In this document: piece after piece, positions 59,829 to 64,000 of the stretch
Layout of the letters: every line of letters starts with the position of its first letter
Numbering within the stretch: the stretch's first letter is position 1
Source of the DNA: a virus
Length of the DNA: 64,000 bases
Direction: 5' to 3' (one strand)
Virus record (IMG/VR): IMGVR_UViG_3300023174_005350
Location: 11,006-75,005 of that record
Made by a program: the position numbers and the translations under genes
The notes under the pieces: generated by a model
Told to the model about the DNA's origin: nothing
The model's database searches: none
What the model saw: the letters and a program-made list of their open reading frames with translations, nothing else

Positions 59829-59905
59829 ACTAATTAGTATATATGCGCCATTAAGCTTACGGCGCTATTTTTTTATTTGCCCTTTGTGGCAGGAGATTTA
59901 TTACG
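59829..59905 (+). promoter_or_regulatory. Late-promoter motif plus structured leader, paralogous to 57745-57830
   Basis: ACTAATTA; GCGCC/GGCGC; TATTTTTTTATT; TGCC/GGCA; GGAG. Confidence 0.55.
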
Positions 59906-62638
59906 ATGGCCGACATAAGAAATATTAAAATTCTAGGCACCGTCGAAGCTTCAACAAATTCTAGTATTATTTTAACTGGTTCTAATACATTAATTAAAAA
60001 AGTATTGGACGATGGAAAGGTATTATTTGAAGTAAATGACAGTCAAGTAGTGGTTAGCGGTAATATAATGTTATCAGGTTCAGGAGAGTTCAATAACGTC
60101 TCTAGAACTAATAACGGCATGTATAGCATTGATACAGCCTTACATGCAATAGACCAAGCAATAGAAGATAAAGGAGCGGAAATAAGAAGTGCCTATGAAG
60201 CAGTACGCTTTAGACATTTTGGCACTCTTGGTCCTTATGGTTTAACAAGACTTAATTTAACACAATTAGCAACATCTGGTTCACAATATTTTGCTTCTGG
60301 AAATTTAAAAGATATCACAATCGATTTATTGATAGATTCAAATGGAGATGGCGTTTATAGAAATGATATGGCAAGTATTATTTTATTTGTCAGCGGCAGT
60401 AATCTATATGCCGACATAGATGCTCCAAGTGCTGCTGGTAATGCATTTAGATTTATTGCCGTAAACGAAACATTATTAGATGTTATAAACACAAGCGCTT
60501 CATACAATACCCCATCAAGTGGTGGCGGCGTAACAGCACAAGAAATCTCATCTTCGTTCGTACAAATTAGCAATATTAATGATTCTTTAGCAGGATATGC
60601 AACTTTATCTGGAGTTTCTGCGTCATTTGCAACCCCAGCGCAAGTTACCAGTTCATTAACTTCTTCTAAAATAGCTAATTTTACCAATGATGTTAGATCA
60701 AAGTTTACTGCCGGTACAAATATTACAATTACAAATGGAGTAATTGATGCTGCTAGTACAGGTATCACTTCCACACAAGTAACAAGTGCTTTAACGCCAT
60801 ATGCTACTTTATCTGGAGTTTCTGGAACCTTCTTAAAAACTTCAGATGCAAGTTCAACGTATGCTACAAATGCACAAGTTTCTACTACAGTCGCTAGTGC
60901 TTTAACTCCATATGCAACTTTATCAGGTGTTTCTAGCTCATTTGTTAATGCAAATTCTGCTCAGACAATTGTTGGCGCTAAAACATTTAACGGAGGTGCA
61001 AGCTTTGGTACTTCTATAAGTATGGCAGGTTTTACTTCTACGGCTAATTCAAACGTTCAAGGTGCATTAAGCATTAATGGTAATACTACATTAGGTTCAA
61101 CTGGTGATTCTCAAGTAACATTTTATGGAGATCAAGTAAACATTCAAAGCAATACATTAAATTTTGCCAATAATTCTCTTCTTATTAATAAAACAACTGG
61201 TGTTGTTAGTTCGTCTGGTGGTTTTAATGGAATTTTTTTTGGTACTTATAATGGAAATGGTTCTAATCTATCGTCTGTTACTGCTTCATATGTTGCCACT
61301 TCATCTGCTATACCAACATTTACAAATGATGTTCGTAACCAATTTAGCGCAGGAACAAATGTATCTATAACTAATGGTGTTATTTCTGCAAATGGATTAG
61401 TAACTCCAACGCAAGTTACAAGCGCTTTAGCTCCTTATGCGACATCAACTGGAGTGTCTGGCGCTTTTACCACTCCAGCGCAAATTACAAGTTCTTTAAC
61501 AAATTATGCAACATTATCTGGCGTTTCAGGAACATATGCTTCTTTGTCTGGTGTTAGTGGAACATTTGCTCCAAAAAGCAATCCAACATTTACCGGTGCT
61601 GTAACTGCAAGTTATTTTGTTGGCGATGGTAGTAATTTAACTAATTTACCAAGTGGTGTTTCGGCAGCACAAGTTTCTGCTTCATTCGCAACATTAACAG
61701 GAGTTTCTAGTTCTTTTGCTACTCCATCTGCTGTATCTGGCACTTTTGCTCCTAAAAATAACCCAACATTTACAGGAACAACAGTAACTGCCACTTCTAG
61801 TTCAGTTTCTATTGCAGATATTAGCGGCAGCAATAATTATTCTTATCTTGGCAGGATGCTGTTCTCCACCCCATATGATGTTAGTAATACATATATTGTC
61901 TCTAACGGCAATTACAATAATTATTCTGGTGGCGGTGGGGGCGCTAATAACACGGTTATTGGAAGCAAAATGATAAATAACTCTGGAAACGGAATAACCG
62001 CTTTGGGAGCTTCTGCCATTTTTGTTACTAACGGGTCGGGTGATACAGCCATAGGAGCGTTCGCAATGACCAGTTGCTCTTTGGGTTCATATAACACAGC
62101 CGTTGGTTTAAGTAGCTCATTTAAGCTTTTAAATAGTAATAATAACGTTTCCGTAGGATATAATAGCTTATATAGTGCCGTTACTAGTAATGGTAATACT
62201 GCTATTGGCGATTCAAGTTTAAAATCGCACATTAAACCAACAAGCGGCAATAATGGTTATAACGTTGCTGTTGGATATCTTGCTGGTCAAAATATGGTTT
62301 CTGGTTCTTCTAATATTTTTATTGGAACTTCTGCTGGAACGAGTATTACAAATATGCATCAAGGAGTAATCATTGGCAGTAACAATGGTTCAACTGTTGA
62401 TAATACAACTGGTTCAATAATCATTAGTGATGGCGGTGGAAATATTCGTATTAAATCAGATAGTACTGGTTTAGTCACTATACCCGGTGCTCTTACAGTG
62501 ACAGGAACAGTTAGTATGTCTAGCGTATTAACATTATCTGCACAAGCAACATTGCCAGCTGGCGCTGTAGGAATGATGGCAGTCTCCGGTACACATCTAT
62601 ATTTCCACAACGGCACTGCTTGGACAATGGTAGTATAA
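59906..62638 (+). CDS. Tail fibre/adhesin with internal repeats and C-terminal YadA-head-like N(T/V)A(V/I)G repeats
   Basis: QVTSALTPYATLSGVSGTF repeats; FTNDVR..F.AGTN..ITNGVI twice; NTAVG/NTAIG/NVAVG repeats. Confidence 0.8.
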   Translation: MADIRNIKILGTVEASTNSSIILTGSNTLIKKVLDDGKVLFEVNDSQVVVSGNIMLSGSGEFNNVSRTNNGMYSIDTALHAIDQAIEDKGAEIRSAYEAVRFRHFGTLGPYGLTRLNLTQLATSGSQYFASGNLKDITIDLLIDSNGDGVYRNDMASIILFVSGSNLYADIDAPSAAGNAFRFIAVNETLLDVINTSASYNTPSSGGGVTAQEISSSFVQISNINDSLAGYATLSGVSASFATPAQVTSSLTSSKIANFTNDVRSKFTAGTNITITNGVIDAASTGITSTQVTSALTPYATLSGVSGTFLKTSDASSTYATNAQVSTTVASALTPYATLSGVSSSFVNANSAQTIVGAKTFNGGASFGTSISMAGFTSTANSNVQGALSINGNTTLGSTGDSQVTFYGDQVNIQSNTLNFANNSLLINKTTGVVSSSGGFNGIFFGTYNGNGSNLSSVTASYVATSSAIPTFTNDVRNQFSAGTNVSITNGVISANGLVTPTQVTSALAPYATSTGVSGAFTTPAQITSSLTNYATLSGVSGTYASLSGVSGTFAPKSNPTFTGAVTASYFVGDGSNLTNLPSGVSAAQVSASFATLTGVSSSFATPSAVSGTFAPKNNPTFTGTTVTATSSSVSIADISGSNNYSYLGRMLFSTPYDVSNTYIVSNGNYNNYSGGGGGANNTVIGSKMINNSGNGITALGASAIFVTNGSGDTAIGAFAMTSCSLGSYNTAVGLSSSFKLLNSNNNVSVGYNSLYSAVTSNGNTAIGDSSLKSHIKPTSGNNGYNVAVGYLAGQNMVSGSSNIFIGTSAGTSITNMHQGVIIGSNNGSTVDNTTGSIIISDGGGNIRIKSDSTGLVTIPGALTVTGTVSMSSVLTLSAQATLPAGAVGMMAVSGTHLYFHNGTAWTMVV

Positions 62639-62665
62639 TAATTTAATAAATATGTACGTTTGATT

Positions 62666-62697
62666 GGGTGACAGAAGTTTTGTCACCCTTTCTTTTT
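62666..62697 (+). terminator. Intrinsic terminator
   Basis: GGGTGACAGA-AGT-TTTGTCACCC followed by TTTCTTTTT. Confidence 0.88.
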
Positions 62698-62716
62698 AAT
62701 AAAACTATTTATTACT

Positions 62717-62920
62717 GTGAAACGTAAAATAACCTATCTTATTAAAGATTTTGACAAGATAATGAGAGAAATATTGCCACATACAGGTGATTTTCGCAAA
62801 GAAATAACATTATTAAGTAAAAAAGGCGAGTTTGAAGAATTAATAGATAAAATGGCAGAAAAGTACGATAAAATAATAGAATTAATAGAACAGGAAAAGG
62901 AATTACCAGATGAAATATAA
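62717..62920 (+). CDS. Hypothetical protein
   Basis: GTG start 5 nt after ACTATTTA (62704-62711). Confidence 0.5.
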   Translation: MKRKITYLIKDFDKIMREILPHTGDFRKEITLLSKKGEFEELIDKMAEKYDKIIELIEQEKELPDEI

Positions 62921-63170
62921 GTTTTCTTTCCTACAAGTGACTAATTGGTTAATGATTTGTCGTAATAATCTTAAAAAAATTCGTGAAGAAGCTAATGAAG
63001 GATTTGAAAATAAAGAAGAAGTTATAAAAAAACTAAAAAAACAAAAAGCAGATTTACTCTTGGTAAAAGATATATTAAATAGAAAAGTAAAATTACACGG
63101 TATTAGTCCAGATTTTTTAAAAAATTTAAAGGCCATTAAAGCAGAATATGGCATTGAAGAAGGAAAATAA
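62910..63170 (+). CDS. Hypothetical protein
   Basis: AAGGA RBS; overlaps the upstream ORF. Confidence 0.6.
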   Translation: MKYKFSFLQVTNWLMICRNNLKKIREEANEGFENKEEVIKKLKKQKADLLLVKDILNRKVKLHGISPDFLKNLKAIKAEYGIEEGK

Positions 63171-63172
63171 AA

Positions 63173-63847
63173 ATGGCAGTTCGTCCAGTTAAGTTTATAT
63201 CCGACGTTTTAACAAAAAAACAAATTTTTAAAACTGACATCGATGATAATATTTTATTTAATGTTTCCGGTTCCTTATTGGAAGGTGGTCATGTAAGTTC
63301 TTCTTTTCCAGTTACTGCTAGTGGTTTATATATTGACGGTAATGCTTATATAACTGATACCATACATGCAAAACGTATGCACGTTACAGAAGTTACTACT
63401 TCTGTTTATTACGAAGATTCCCTTTCGGCTTCAATAAATGCCTTACAGGATGTTTCTGCATCTGATGCTGTCATCGGTCAATATTTAAAATGGGATGGAG
63501 TGAATTGGGTACCTTATACTTTAGATGTTACTGGCGCAATACAAACAGCCCTAGATAATGTAAATAATGTTTTTCTATCATCTAGTAATATAGCTGTAGA
63601 TTATTTTGATTTTGATGGAACAAAATTATTAACATTTAATCAATATGGTCCCTCAGATATAGAGTATATCAGCCTTGATGTAATGATTATGCAAGAAGGA
63701 AGTAGCAATTACACAAATGATTTAGTATCTGTTTCTATGTTTATTAATATTTCCGGTTCATTATCAGTTCAATTAGATGCACCAGCATTATCTGATAAGG
63801 ACAAATTTAAATTATTATTAAACAAACAGATAAATAGTATATTATAA
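63173..63847 (+). CDS. Fibre-related virion protein sharing a domain with the two upstream fibres
   Basis: LQDV...GQYLKWDGVNWVP fibre motif; ISLDVMI...YTNDLVSV...QLDAPA. Confidence 0.7.
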   Translation: MAVRPVKFISDVLTKKQIFKTDIDDNILFNVSGSLLEGGHVSSSFPVTASGLYIDGNAYITDTIHAKRMHVTEVTTSVYYEDSLSASINALQDVSASDAVIGQYLKWDGVNWVPYTLDVTGAIQTALDNVNNVFLSSSNIAVDYFDFDGTKLLTFNQYGPSDIEYISLDVMIMQEGSSNYTNDLVSVSMFINISGSLSVQLDAPALSDKDKFKLLLNKQINSIL

Positions 63848-63853
63848 TAAGGC

Positions 63854-64000
63854 ATGATTCTTGGTTTAGACATTTCAACATCAATAACTGGTATGACTGT
63901 TTTAGATGATAACGGAAACGTTGTACTTATAGATATTGTTGATATGCGTTCTAAAAAATTTACTAGCTTCTTCCTTAAAGCCGATGCTGTAGAACGGCGG
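63854..64000 (+). CDS. RuvC-like Holliday junction resolvase, 3'-partial
   Basis: Translated by hand: MILGLDISTSITGMTVLDDNG (RNase H-fold strands 1-2); not in the ORF track. Confidence 0.75.
   Translation, partial: MILGLDISTSITGMTVLDDNGNVVLIDIVDMRSKKFTSFFLKADAVERR

Noticed and set aside
57831-62638. Diversity-generating retroelement or invertible fibre cassette
   Set aside because: No reverse transcriptase, recombinase or near-identical template/variable repeat pair in the window; repeats are protein-level and diverged
441-63154. Many short minus-strand or nested ORFs in the track (e.g. 2803-3273, 6517-6999, 23100-23519, 30552-31325, 59036-59407)
   Set aside because: Antisense shadows of well-supported + strand genes, with no RBS or recognisable motifs
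1-64000. Stop-codon recoding as in some jumbo phages
   Set aside because: Code 11 gives dense, full-length ORFs; TAA, TAG and TGA all end genes at sensible boundaries

Overview
A 64-kb AT-rich segment of a large tailed dsDNA bacteriophage (jumbo myovirus-type, distantly T4-like), almost entirely + strand, using the standard bacterial code. Left to right: (1) ~1-4.6 kb, acidic/charged hypothetical proteins, possibly head-internal; (2) ~4.6-12.5 kb, accessory island with a GH19 endolysin, a ~310-nt structured ncRNA, ClpP-like and trypsin-like proteases, a lipoprotein, an HNH endonuclease, tRNA-Ala(UGC), tRNA-Ser(GCU), a SpoU/TrmH RNA methyltransferase and PIN-PhoH; (3) ~12.5-24.3 kb, a Cas4-like nuclease and a nucleotide-sugar/glycosyltransferase cluster (Gmd, three GT4, GT8-like, FkbM-like, RmlB, split transketolase, SDR, RfbH/E1); (4) a gp55-like late sigma factor; (5) ~26-63.8 kb, baseplate, tail and fibre module, ending in a partial RuvC-like gene. 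The most striking observation is the ncRNA at 5179-5492. Its two ends together reproduce the 23S rRNA GTPase-associated centre (H43/H44, the L11/thiostrepton site), including a compensatory U:U-A version of the C1072:C1092-G1099 base triple, split by a ~240-nt structured insertion. Also seen: a recurrent ACTA[ATG]TTA putative late promoter, a T4-style RBS-sequestering hairpin, and S/T-G/A/S-S motifs enriched in virion proteins that may be glycosylation sites. All calls come from motif recognition by eye; no searches were run.
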